Shown: positions 13,154 to 26,057, counted from the first letter of the whole stretch. The stretch: 63,633 bases of DNA, filler included, from Neolecta irregularis DAH-3 (GCA_001929475.1; 18 parts of 18 records of this genome joined end to end with filler, not necessarily neighbours in it), one strand, 5' to 3'. The notes: generated by a model not told the origin, from the letters alone. Numbers and translations are program-made.

Positions 13154-13773
13154 GGTCGAGAGAGGTGTCAGATTGGGGAAAATGGGTTGATTTTATAGCA
13201 GATTGCCGCCACCTGGAGTGCAGTTGAGACAGCCGGAATCGGAGGTCTGACACCATGCGTAAGTCTCTCCTTTTCCTATAAGATGCCGCTCTAGAACACT
13301 CCTTCGGGTATATTTCTGTTCGACGGCGTGGNNNNNNNNNNNNNNNNNNNNNNNNNNNNNNNNNNNNNNNNNNNNTTAATTAATTAANNNNNNNNNNNNN
13401 NNNNNNNNNNNNNNNNNNNNNNNNNNNNNNNTTTTAAAATACCTTTGTTTTTCATATCTGATTGCTTCTATCTCTCACTACGTATCCATTTGAAGCGGCA
13501 TATATATTCCAGTTTTTATATCCGTCACGTCTTTGTCTGTCTGATGTCTGTCTGTCTGTGTGTTTTGTGTTTGTTTGGTTTTCGCTTTTTTCAGTTGCAT
13601 AGAAATTTATCTAGCGTCGAGGATATATCAAGTGGAATAGAGGGATCTCCTTGTTCAGACGTGAATTTAAATGGGGAATGACGTTGTGTGCCCTGGTCAG
13701 TCTGTTTGGCACAACACCTCTGACTGCACGACATTCTCTAAAGCCCCGATTTTCCTATTTTCTGCTTCGGCAT

Positions 13774-14798
13774 ATGGCCATCACGTCGCAGAATGCATCT
13801 AGTCTACTACCCTTCATATCCGACAAGAATCTATCACTGGTAGCGCCTGTTGCTATTTATTGGGTGTATTCCCTTTTCTTTGCGCTTATCTCCGCGCTCC
13901 AAGTCCCGTTTATCGAAAAGTATCGTCTTCACACCCCACTGGAACTCGTCACGCGCAATAAAGCGACGTTCAAACAAGTCGTTCGCGACGTGTTCATCCA
14001 GCAAACAATTCAAATACTCCTTGGGTGGATATTACTCGTAAATGAACCCGATGAACCCCTTGTTGAAACAGTCATTGAATTATCTAAAATCGATTCATTT
14101 TTAAAACCGATTACTGGACATTATTTTAGAAAGGAATTCGTAAAGTTGGTTTGGTTTATTGGAATACCGATTGCTCGCTTTGCATTTGCTTTGTACCTTT
14201 TTGCCTGGTTTTGGGTTGACTCTAGGGTTTTCCTGGATTCTTGGCAATATTTTCTTCATCGGATAATGCACCAAAGTCGATTTCTGTACAGGACGTTTCA
14301 CTCGCGCCATCATCGGTTATACGTGCCGTATGCATTTGGAGCGCTGTATAATCATCCTTTTGAAGGACTGTTGATGGATACAATGGGCGCTGGGCTGGCG
14401 TTCAAATTAAGCGGGATGAGTGTTCGACAAAGCTGTTATTTTTTTACGTTTAGCACCATGAAAACGGGTATTTTTGGGCCATGGAATGTGTTTTTTTTGT
14501 TGATTTGAATAGTTGACGACCATTGTGGATATGTGTTTCCGTGGGATCCGCTGCAGGTTTTCTTTGGCAATAATAGTGCATAGTATGTGTGTGTTGCTAC
14601 GGGGGCGATTGATGGGATATAGTCATGATATTCATCACCAGTCATATGGGATTAAACGCAATTACTCGCAGCCGTTCTTCACATTCTGTATGCGGATCCA
14701 CTGTATGGCTGCCTAACGGGCGTGTAGGGGACCGGTGGCTGGGGACGTACCTTGCGATATCTGATGTCCCGAGCACCACCGCGGCGAAGGAGGAGTAA
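13774..14798 (+). CDS. SUR2: Sphinganine C4-hydroxylase (fatty acid hydroxylase superfamily), 4 introns
   Basis: EKYRLHTP, DSWQYFLHRIMH, FHSRHHRLYVPYAFGALYNHPFEG, KTVDDHCGY, HDIHHQ..GIKRNYSQPFF. Confidence 0.93.
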
Positions 14799-14976
14799 TT
14801 AGGCGAATCACATGTATTTTGTTTCCGTTTCTTTAGGTGGGCTGGAGGTGGTCAATTTCCGCGTTTGTGATATCACTGCAACATTTCGCTGTTGTTACTG
14901 TAGTAATTAATGCCATTGATGGAGGCGAGGATGCGCAACACCTTCTTTTCCCCCACCGTCTCCCTGCTCGCGCGCC

Positions 14977-17037
14977 ATGGCGGGTCGCAGTTCTGCATCG
15001 GCAAACTGCACTGCCACGGCCATCGAAATCCACCGGCCGCCGCCTGCGGGCGCTCCTGCTGCAGCCGCGTCGCTCTCCAAGGCGGCGCGGCTGTCGCACT
15101 TTTTTGCGCACAAGGGGCCTGCTGCGGTCCTGCAGCTGCAGCCGGGCATCCACCCGCCGAGCCCGGGCCCCACCACCAGCCTGTCGCCGCCGCCCGGCTC
15201 CGCGCCCTGTACCGCCGCCGCCCAGTCTGCGCCCTGCACCGCTGCCGCCGCCCAGTTCGCGCCCCTGCTCTCCAGCGACCACCGCTACGTCTCGGCCCAC
15301 GCAGGCCCCGCGGAGCCCGGCGCCCCCATCGACGACGAGCCGCCCTACTTCTACCTGCTGACCACCTACTTTTCGTACCTGCTCTTCATCGTCACCGGCC
15401 ACATCCGCGACTTTTGGAGCAAGCGCCTGCGCAACCGCAGCGTCGCCCACCTCCAGGTCCACAACGTACCCGCCCCCCCCAGTTGCCCTGCTGACCCCGC
15501 CCCAGGGCTACGCGCCCCTCAACTCGGACTTTGACTCCTTCTACACCCGCCGCCTCAAGCTGCGCCTCGACGACTGCTTCAACCGCCCCACTACCGGCGT
15601 CCCCGGCCGCAGAATCACCCTGCTCGACCGCGCCTCCGCAGACTGGAACCACTCCTTCGCGCTCACAGGCACACACACCGACTGCCTCAACCTCTCCAGC
15701 TACAACTACCTCGGCTTTGCCCAGAGCCACGGCCCCTGTGCCGATGCCGTCGAAGAGGTCACGCGCAAGTACGGCCTCAGCAGCCTCTCGCCCCGCAACG
15801 AAATTGGTACTCCCCCGCCCGCACAGAGCCTCACCCCTAGGGTCCCTCGATCTGCTCGTGCAGACAGAGGCCCTCGTCGCCGCCTTCGTTCGAACAGAAG
15901 CAAGCCTTGTTTTCAGCATGGGCTTTGGCACGAACGCTACCGCCTTCCCCGCCCTCGTGGAAAAGGGGTGTCTGGTAATCTCTGACGAGTTCAACCATTC
16001 CTCGATACGCTACGGCGCCCGTCTGTCGGGGTGCTTTATTACCATCTTCAAGCACAACGATATGCAAGACCTGGAACGAGTGCTCAGAGAATACATCTCC
16101 CAGGGTCAGCGTAGAACTCACCGTCCTTGGAAAAAGATCCTCGTTGTTGTCGAGGGCCTGTATTCCATGGAGGGAAGCATGTGCAATCTCCCCGGCTTGA
16201 TTCGTTTAAAGGACCGCTACAAGTTCTATCTCTATGTAGACGAGGCCCATTCTATCGGTGCTCTCGGCCCAAACGGTCGCGGTGTATGCGACTACTTTGG
16301 CATTCCCCCCTCTCGAGTCGATGTCCTCATGGGCACTTTGACAAAATCTTTTGGTGCCTCGGGCGGTTATATTGCTGGCTCCAAAGCTCTCATCAATAAA
16401 GTCCGTCTTCGAAACGCAGGTTGTATCTACACTGAAGCCCCCTCTCCAATCATCCTCCAACAAATTCAAACCGCTCTCCAAATAATCATGGGCAACATCA
16501 ACCCTGGCGAAGGTGCCGAGCGTTTGCAGCGATTGGCTTTTAATTCGAGATACCTGAGGTTGGGCTTAAAGAGACTCGGCTTTATCGTATACGGACATGA
16601 TGATTCACCAGTAATTCCGTAAACATCCACTTGTCACCTTTGTCATTAATTGCCCAGGTTACTCTTGTACAATCCTGCCAAAATGCCAGCATTTAGTCAC
16701 GAATTACTCAAGCGAAAGATTGCAGTCGTGGTAGTCGGATATCCCGCCACTCCTCTTGTAACCTCTCGGTAAATGTCTCTCTTTCACCCTGCTTATCATT
16801 AGCGTACGTTTCTGCGTCTCGGCAGCCCATAATAAAAACGACATGGACCAGCTTCTTTACGCATGTGCCGAAGTCGGAGATCTCCTTCAACTTCGTTTCT
16901 CAAGCGGAGTAGCCGGTCAAGATCTCAACGTTACAAAAGCCGTTGATGAAAAGTTTCGCATAGAGCCTAGATGGGACGTTGAGAAAGTCATTGCCTGTGG
17001 CGTTGAAGACGCTAAAAAGACACCCTCCACGCTGTAA
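14977..17037 (+). CDS. LCB2: Serine palmitoyltransferase catalytic subunit, 4 introns
   Basis: [45 protein letters not shown] and PLP-lysine motif [13 protein letters not shown]. Confidence 0.96.
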
Positions 17038-17274
17038 TAGCATTTCTTTTTGTGTGTATGGTTGCAAGACGGGATTCTTTGGATGTGGTAACGATATTGT
17101 CTAGAAATAATAATTACCTTATGACTTTGAGCCCTATTATCCCGGCATATTCCCTCTAGGGTTACTCATCTTTGATGCTCATTCAGTGTTCAATAAAATG
17201 ACATAAATCAGCTATCGTAAAGTCTGCCCTTTGGCGTTTACAGTCCGCTTCGTGAAGATGACTCCATTCATAGT

Positions 17275-17696
17275 CTAGACTGTATTTCTCAATATCAACA
17301 CAACGCTATCACCGCGCAAAAACATTTTACTAACAAACCGATCTTTATTAACAGCTTTTCCTTTCTTTCCCTTTGCATTTCTCGGCCGTTCAGTCCACAT
17401 CTTGAAAAATCAGCTTCTAAACTCATATTCAACGAACCTCTTTTACGTTCTCCAAGACCAAATTACAGTGTCTATCAAACGCCTTTACACGTGCTAGTAA
17501 TTTTCTATTGTTTCTGCAATTGATGAGGACTTGATTGTGATTTTTCACGGCTTGGGAAAGAACGCTAAGTGGACCGTGAGCGAATTCATATTCTTCAAGA
17601 GCGAGTAAATCGGCTTCGGTAAGTTCTGCCCGGGGACGTCCTACGAATTCGCTGAAAAGGTTAGGTTGAGAATGTACTGTGGGAAAGATACGCCAT
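17275..17696 (-). CDS. SMD2: Spliceosomal Sm core protein D2 (2 introns; not in the ORF track)
   Basis: Spliced translation [77 protein letters not shown]...[24 protein letters not shown]. Confidence 0.95.
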
Positions 17697-17909
17697 TGGT
17701 TGTGGATGAAGTTTTACAGTGAATGTGCTGGACGTTGACGCCTTGTGCAATCTACTGTCACGATATTATACATCTATAATGCGATTAATGAAATTTAATC
17801 ATGCTATTTAGTAGACCTATTTATACACAATTGATATAAAATACATTATTGTGGTCAACAAGTTTCTGGAACTTGAAAGTTTTTTGAACACTCATATCAC
17901 TCTTGGGTC

Positions 17910-19387
17910 ATGTCGATATATCAGCCATGCCTGGCTTCGCTGCTGGGCGTAGCCAAACCCAAATCACCCATTTTATCGAAGATTACCAGTCGTTTTGCGC
18001 AATATAGGTATCACAATAGATGGCTTTCCGGTAGTACACTCGCAAAGTCTCCAACTAACGGTTCAAGTGCGCAAGATGGCTACTTTTCAACGTACCCTTC
18101 CTCATTTGAATATTGGAACCATTGGGCATGTAGATCATGGGTATACATAATCAACAAGAGCAATTGACCGAGGTTTAGAAAAACCACTTTAACCGCTGCT
18201 ATTACAAAGACTCTTGCTGAAAAAGGGCAAGCTGCTTTTATGGATTATAACCAGATTGATAAAGCTCCAGAAGAAAAGGCTCGAGGGATTACTATCTGTA
18301 CAGCCCACGTTGAATACCAAACCAACAATCGTCATTACGCCCATGTCGATTGTCCCGGTCACGCCGATTACATCAAAAACATGATTACTGGTGCTGCTCA
18401 GATGGACGGTGCAATTATCGTTGTCTCTGCCACAGATGGACAAATGCCTCAAACTCGTGAACATCTACTTCTTGCTCGTCAAGTCGGTGTAAAACACCTC
18501 GTGGTTTATATCAACAAAATAGACGTAATCGACGATCCCGAGATGCTTGAACTCGTAGAAATGGAAATGCGGGATTTGTTAGGAACGTACGGGTTCGATG
18601 GTGAAATGACGCCTATTATCATGGGATCTGCTCTATGTGCTTTGGAAGGTCGAAACCCGGAGATGGGAGCAGAGTCAATTGGAAAACTAATGGATGCTAT
18701 TGATTCACATATCCCGACGCCCAAACGTGTGCTCGATAAACCATATTTGATGCCTGTTGAAGACGTATTTTCGATTTCTGGAAGAGGAACTGTTGCCACG
18801 GGTCGTGTAGAACGAGGAATCCTCAAAAAGGGTGATGAAATCGAACTCATTGGATATGGAGATCCCATGAAAACTACTGTGACTGGTATTGAAGCTTTCA
18901 AAAAAGACCTTGGTACATCTCTTTCCATTACCATCTAACCAAAATAGATCAAGCAATGGCTGGAGACAACTGTGGTCTTTTGCTTCGAGGTGTTAAACGA
19001 GAACAAATAAAGCGAGGAATGATTATCTGTGCGCCAGGAACCGTCAAAGCTCATACAAAAGTACCTTTTTCCAATTTAGCAATTTAGTCTAATTGCAAGT
19101 TCCTTGCCTCATTTTATATCCTCAACAAAGAAGAAGGAGGTCGAAGAACAGGGTTCATCAATGCATACAGACCACAAATGTTTGTTAGAACATCAGACGT
19201 TACAATCACCCTGCGTCACCCTGACGGAGTCGAAGACGGTGAAAACAAAATGGTCATGCCTGGAGATAACGTCGAATTGGAATGCGAATTGGTTCACAAT
19301 ATCGCTTTAGAACAAGGACTGCGATTTACTATTCGTGAAGGAGGGAAGACTGTTGGTACAGGTCTAATTACCAAGCTACTTGATTAA
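17910..19387 (+). CDS. TUF1: Mitochondrial elongation factor Tu, 4 introns
   Basis: Basic presequence; [55 protein letters not shown]. Confidence 0.97.
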
Positions 19388-20066
19388 ATCGTGTCATCTT
19401 GGGTGAAATAATATGTTCATATAGAGAGTTTACAATAAAAGACATTTCCAAATTCTACTTTATTAATATCATTGCCCATCTCTCCAGATGATCCTCCTAA
19501 CCCTAACCAAACTGTGGGAGAGGCAGGCGCACAGTGGCCTCCTTCATGCTCTATATATACCGGATCATGACAATAACATGGGCGGGACGTTTGGTCAGAG
19601 TAACCGTAGTGCTTGGTGTAGTCATTCTTTGTAGAGGGATATCATCCATATTCCCGGTACATTCTAAATCTGTTGCAAAAATAGTGAAAAGACGGAGTAA
19701 AGTGAGGGAGAGGCACGATTGCACCAGTGGGGGAATGAAGGGGCTGTGCAATATGACGATGCGGTTATTGTTCAGACTCTTTCTTGGAGCTCTTGCAGAA
19801 TTACTTGTTATAGAGGTGTAAACGGATATTGTTGAGGTATCCGGACACTAGATGTGACAATAGGCAATTGTGAAACAAACTTTATTGAGGGTGAGACGAG
19901 CCACTGTAACGGTGAGTTGGTCTTGTCCTTTATATACATAGTCAATAACATTACTTGCTACCCCTTGTCTTGCCATCCAAAGCATTAGGTCTGTTCGCGT
20001 GTAAACCTACTGCTTACAAGAGGCAGGAAAAGACAGTCATGTCAATGGTAGGGTTGCGCTGCAGTC

Positions 20067-20443
20067 TGTGGGGACTTGGAGCGTCCCCATACGAACGCGA
20101 ATCGCCATACGATCGCGAATCGCCGTATCACCAAGCCGCCACAGTTACCACTCGAGCTTTGGGGATAACTGCAGAATCGGTCAGAGGAAGTCACCAGCGT
20201 CATAGCAGCGGCCATCCGGGGCAGCCATCGGACTTGCCACTGAGAACGTCACAGGGAGGCAACAGAGGCAAATGACGGTATTATGCCACTGTACAGATTT
20301 GTATATAAGGAGCGCCTACCCTGACTAGCAGGGAGGCCTCTGACGAGATACTCAATATATACAGTTACATCTCTCATAAGTAACTGCGATATAGTATCTG
20401 ACTTGAGCCTCTACAGCACCAAGTCCAAGTTCGTGTGCTGACA
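20067..20443 (+). mobile_element. Solo LTR, family A (377 bp)
   Basis: TG...CA ends, perfect 5-bp TSD CAGTC (20062-66 and 20444-48), internal TATATAA. Homologous copies near 27 kb. Confidence 0.88.
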
Positions 20444-20984
20444 CAGTCGTTGGCTTGGCGGCCCGCAGTCACATTTGCAAATTTGATATGGGCAGTGCAG
20501 CGCTTTAACCCTGGCGTTAAAGAAAAAGCGAACCTAGTCTTTCAGAAACATTCTGAGTAGATGGAATAGCTGTGGAAATGCTATCTTTGCATCTTTTTGG
20601 CAGCTTCACATTACCCATAAAGTCGCCGAGAAATATCTGGGCGACTGCTATATCCGCAACCTGAATAAGATACACATTCCAAACTATGGAGGAATTCAAA
20701 ATAGCATCTCTATACTCTCTACTACTTCTCAGTCTAAGTTATCTGAACCATGCTCCAAAAAATATCAATCGAGCAATGATGACTGGGCAGAGCAGATGAA
20801 CGGATCGGCTCAGTGGCGTGTCACACGCAGGTTGTAGCTTAAGGTCGATAGCGGTTTGGTAGTTGTTGTAGTTGATGTAATAGANNNNNNNNNNNNNNNN
20901 NNNNNNNNNNNNNNNNNNNNNNNNNNNNTTAATTAATTAANNNNNNNNNNNNNNNNNNNNNNNNNNNNNNNNNNNNNNNNNNNN

Positions 20985-21879
20985 CCTAGCAACCCTAGCA
21001 ACCCCACGCTCGTACTCAAAATGACGACAAAGGTGCGCCCCGGGTAGGGTAAACTAATTGCAGGACGCCGAAAACATCGCCCATGCCGCCATCGCCCCCG
21101 ACGCCTCGCTGGTCGCCATCGCTACGGCGCAGGCCACAAAGATATGGCGCCTCGCCCCCGGCCGCCGCCCCGTCCGCCTCGGCAAGATCCCCGGCGCCCG
21201 CCTCGTGGCCGTCGCGGACTCGGGCGACCGCCTGGTGGCCGCTACCCATTCTGAGATCCACGTCTACGCGCTGCCCCAGTGCCGCCGCCTGGCGGTGCAC
21301 CGCCCCGGCACCGGCGCCATCCGCAAGCTCGCCCTCAGCCCCGCCCTGGCCCACATCGCCGTGTCCGCCGTCAGCCCCAGCCTCGCCTCGACCCTCTCCA
21401 TCATCGACGTCGCCTCCGCGCACATCGCCCACACCCACACCCCCGACCTCGCCACCGCCCTCCACTTCCCCGCAGACGACACCCTCGTCCTCACCACCAG
21501 CTCAAACGCAATCTACGAGTTCGCCACAGACTGCGCCCTCGCCCCCTGGACAAAGCGCAACCTCAAGAACCTGCCCCCCCAGCTGCTCCGCCTGCAGGAT
21601 AAGCCCCTCGGCATCACCGGTCGAGGCTCTTCCCGCTGGATCTGGGGCGCCACTTGGCTCGCCTGCATCGACACCTCCACAGACCTGCCCGCACTGAAGC
21701 GAGACCGCTGCGGCGACACAAAAGGCCGCCAGCACGGCTGGGCAATCACCTACAAATACCGCGCCATGCTCGCCTGCGAATTCTTCGCTGACGGCGATCT
21801 GGTCGTCATCGAGCGGCCCCACTTTGACATCATGAAAGACCTGCCTCCCCCTTTTTATAGACATGAATATGGTACTTGA
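20985..21879 (+). CDS. UTP4: U3 snoRNA-associated WD40 protein Utp4, 3' part (contig-truncated)
   Basis: C-terminal WIWGATWL, TYKYRAML, LVVIERP and LPPPFYRHEYGT* pattern typical of Utp4. Confidence 0.75.
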
Positions 21880-22022
21880 TATTGATCTGATATGAATTCC
21901 CTGATATTGAATTCCCTGATATTGAATTCCCTGATATTGAATTCATCCGATATTGAATTCATCCGATATTAAATTCATCCAATGTTTCTGCTATTATTCT
22001 CCCTGACATGCCTCAACTCAGA

Positions 22023-23375
22023 ATGACCTCCAAAACTCTCCTCGTTGCATTCCTGCTCAGAATCGCTCTGTCATACACCCCCCATCTCGCCCATCGCCTC
22101 GAAAACAGAGTAGAACTCGTTACACCAGTCACCTCCTACCGCAGACGTCTCTTCTGGTTAGGGTCCGCTCATCTCTAGTCAAAGAAGGCCTTTTTCTCTA
22201 CCGCAGAGACGTCCCGCCCTATGACGGCGGTGTATTCCACCAGTCCCCCATCATCCTGGCCCTATTCTCGGTAATACCAGAATCCCTCGTTCCCCTCCTC
22301 TTTGCCGCTGTAGACGTGTTTTGTGCATGGATCGTTTCACGCATCGCAACACACAGAGCCCTCGACAGACCTTGGATCTCCGCTTCTCTGTCCTTCCCTG
22401 CCTAGCCCTGCTGACCACAGATATGCATTCAATCCATATACCCTGGTATCCTGTCTAAGCAAAACAACAGGCCTCTTCACAAATGCTGCTGTCCTCGTCG
22501 CAGTCCTCGGCGCATGCGAGGGTACCCCACCTGCCTCCCTTGGTTCACCCCGCAGGAAATATCGCTACCAGCATGATGGCCGGCGCTATCGCAGCATACC
22601 TCGAGCTCTACCCACTCCTCTTTCTCCCGCCTCTCATCCTCCTCCTCAACGACTCGAAAAAATCAAACGTCGCCCTAAAGTCTCTCGTCATCTTCACCGC
22701 CACGGTCGCTGGTTTACTTGCATCAAGCTACTTTCTCATAGACTCGTGGAACTTTATTGAATCCACTTATGGAGCCATGTATTCTCTCCTCTTTCCTTCT
22801 AACTCCCAGCCTCTTTGTCCACGATTTAACTCCAAATATCGGTCTCTGGTGGTACTTTTTCATCGAAATGTTCAACTCCTTTCGCGCATTTTTTACAGTC
22901 GTCTTTCAATTGCACCTGGTAATTTACGTTGCCCCTCTCTGCATCAAACTACGGTTCGTCTCCTTATATCCCGTCTTATATAGAAACAACCCCCTCTTCG
23001 TCTGCGTCATCATCTCAGGAATAATCTCCATCTTCAAATCCTACCCTTCGGTCTCGGATTTATCCCTCTTCCAGAATCTCCTCTTTTTCTTTCCAGAAAT
23101 TTTCTCTCGTGCGCCCTTCAACTACAAAATTGACTCTAGGCATGCGCTATACTTTTTTCTCCACCTCCACTCTCTTATACACCACCCTCCTCGGTCCCGC
23201 ATTTTATCATCTGTGGATTATCAGTGGAACAGGTAACGCAAACTTTTTCTACGCAATCACTCTAGTACACACCCTGGCCCAAACCGTCACCCTCAGTGAC
23301 GCACTCTACGCCATGCTCAGACTCGAATGGGATTTACAAACGGGAAAACACGGAATAAAAGTCTTTCAAATTTGA
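22023..23375 (+). CDS. GAB1: GPI transamidase subunit PIG-U/Gab1, 6 introns
   Basis: RVELVTPVTSYRRLKEGLFLY, PYDGGVFHQSP, DLTPNIGLWWYFFIEMF, FKSYPSVSD, GTGNANFFYAITL. Confidence 0.95.
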
Positions 23376-23736
23376 ATCAGTCTATTGAATCAATTGATAA
23401 AAGTCTATTATTGAATCAGTCTATTGAATCAATTGATAAAAGTCTATTATTGAATCAATTGATAAAAGTCTATTANNNNNNNNNNNNNNNNNNNNNNNNN
23501 NNNNNNNNNNNNNNNNNNNTTAATTAATTAANNNNNNNNNNNNNNNNNNNNNNNNNNNNNNNNNNNNNNNNNNNNTCTCCCTCTGTCTCCCTCTGTCTCC
23601 CTCTGTCTTTCTCCCTCTGTCTCTCCCTCTCTCTCCTTCTCCCTCTCTCTCCCTCTGTCTTTCTCCCTGTCTTTCTCTCCCTCTCGCGTCCCCTCGCGTC
23701 CCCTCGCGTCCGTGTCGTTTCTCGCTTACCCCCCAG

Positions 23737-25234
23737 AAAGATGATCGGCCAGGCAGCCAGCGCCTCATCCGCGACTGCCTCAGCCTCTGCAACGATCTCC
23801 TCCGCCGCCTCTCAAAGTCAAAAGACACCGTCTTCCGCGGAAGAATCGCAATCTACCTCTCCTCCGTCTTTCCCCTCTGCGACCCCAGCGGCCTCAACGT
23901 CCGCTCAGACTACAACACTGAAACCCTCACCACCTTTGACCACATACAGTCCGCAGACATCGACATCGACGTCGACGTCGACGCCGATTCAGCATCCCCT
24001 GCCGCAGACCTCCTGCTGACAATGACAATGGGTTCCTCGCCCTCCCCCTCTCTCTGATCCCCAGATACCTTTTACACAAAATTCTGGTCGTTGCAACTCG
24101 CCTTTCGCGATCCCTTCAGCGTCAACACCCCCGCAAAACGTGCCCAACTAAAATCAAACCTTGCAATCACCCTCGCAAAATTCAAACAGATCGAAGAGGT
24201 CCAGCAAAAACTGCGCGGCGCAAAGGCCGCAGAAGATCGCAAGCGCGGCGAAAAAAAACACGTTCAAAAGAACTCCATCGACTCGTTTTTCAATCCAAAC
24301 TTTTTAACAAGTCGAAAGCTGCTCGAACTCGAGGTACAATTATCCCTAGTACTGCTAACCCAAGCTCTCAAACGTCTCTTTCAGGAGATACATCCTCGTG
24401 CAAATGTTGATTTTCCTCGACGACATCACAAATGAACGGCCAAAAGGACGAAACCTCCAATCAGAACTATTCTTTGAACTCCAAGACGAGGTGCCCTTTT
24501 AAATAAATATCCCTAATTAAAGAAAACATGGGCTACGGCTATCCGCAAATCTGCCTTGTACACACTACAAGCAACATACCCCGACGGAAAATCCTTCTCC
24601 AGAACAATAGAAACAATCTTTTCCCGAGAATCAAATTGGATAAAATGGAAAAGCCAATGGAAAACAAACGCCACGTTTGAAAAAACGCCCATTGAACAGG
24701 AATTCCTGCACAGTATCGTCAATAAATATCTTGGGGCAGTAAAACCTGCAAAGATCCATAAACAAGTCATGGGAACCTGGGCGCTTTCTCGATTATACAA
24801 AAACAGTGAATCCGCTCTCATGTATGACTCTCTTGCCGTCGACATTAACCCCGAGTCCACCGACTCCAAAGGCAGATGACTTTGAACGCCAAATAGCAAA
24901 CATCGATGCCGAAATAATCCAAACACAATCCCAACAGCCAGGAGAATCAGACGACATCCGCCCCCGTTTAACCGAATTAGAAAAAGATCGTGAATGCAAA
25001 AATTGGCTCGCGTTGAGAGCCGCAACAAGGGACCGTTTAAACAAATTCCAAAAAGTGAAAACATGCGGCGATGCAATGAAACTTTTTCCAACAGATAGTA
25101 ATACTTTTGATCAACAAAATGTACGCGCCGTGTCTTTGGGCAAAGATGTAGACGAGAATGAAGGCGTCGTTAGGAAACGACGCGCTAGCGAAGATGAAGA
25201 ATCTATGGTCTTGTACAAGAGGCCTAAAACTTGA
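23737..25234 (+). CDS. THOC1: THO complex subunit 1 (THOC1/Hpr1), 5' end missing
   Basis: CNDLLRRLSKSKDTVFRGRI..FPLCDPSGLN, FLTSRKLLELE, FRRYILVQ, RESNWIKWK, WLALR. Confidence 0.85.
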
Positions 25235-25404
25235 TGCTTATTGTCTGATTTCTGATTATATGTCCGATCAAGATTCGACTGTTTAAGTTACTTTGATATC
25301 CATCAAGATTCTATTTATCCATCAAGATTCTATTTATCCATATTCTAGCCGTTTAATGTCGGTGGATTAATAATAACCGGATAGTGTGCTATCCGATACC
25401 CACA

Positions 25405-26057
25405 ATGACACCAAGAGATGCATTACCGTTCGTCCAAACTGTTTGGAAATCATTTCTCAATGCCCGAGGACTCGAATCTCACCTTTGCGCACAGGTAGTC
25501 GCCCTGCAGGATACCCCGCTCGCCATGGTAGATGAAAAATACTCGTGCGGTTCCGGGAAAAGTGTTTTCAGAGTTGACTATTGAACCGCATCATTTGAAT
25601 AAAATTGGAACGTTGCATGGAGGTACCATCGCTACACTGGGTATCTTCTTTGCCCATACATCATTTTATGACAGTTGATGTCGGTGGTTCTTTGGCTGTT
25701 GCCTCAAAAGGGTTATATACGACCGGGGTCTGCCCTTGATCCCCGCTATACCAATTCATAGGTCAGTACAGACATCACTGTACAGTATTTTTCCTCAGGA
25801 GGCCATCTCGGAGATAAAATATCCCTGGTAACTTATCCAATCATTCGAAAACGACCAACTAGTAGGAATCAGAATGCCATAAACTAGGTATATCCCCGAA
25901 AATCTATCGACTACCCCTAGGAAATTCCATGGCTTTCACCTCGATCGTTTTCAAAAACGCTCAAAATCAAGTTTTTGCAAAGGGGAGTCATACGAAATAT
26001 TGTAGGCGCGGGTACGATGACCCACGAAAGAATTTAGATCTCCTCGAATCTAATTAA
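25405..26057 (+). CDS. Hotdog-fold acyl-CoA thioesterase (ACOT13/PaaI-like), 5 introns
   Basis: Spliced HHLNKIGTLHGGTIATLVDVGGSLAVASKGLYTTGVSTDI...AKGSHTKY. Confidence 0.88.

Noticed and set aside
14833-16481. Many overlapping Pro/Arg/Gly-rich ORFs, also at 21016-21864, 46136-47136, 51320-51918 and 56474-57066
   Set aside because: Shadow frames of GC-rich genes or low-complexity DNA that lacks stop codons.
17500-17660. U3-snoRNA-like boxes (tgatga, gagcgag, ctga) on the plus strand
   Set aside because: The region is fully explained as SMD2 coding sequence on the minus strand.
19495-19510. TTAGGG-like telomeric motifs (also about 53477 and cctagcaa repeats at 20985)
   Set aside because: Only about 2 units each, internal or within coding sequence; not telomere arrays.
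19955-20275. Paralogous ORFs containing SLWGLGASPY (also 27489-27854)
   Set aside because: Chance read-through of family A LTR sequence, not protein genes.
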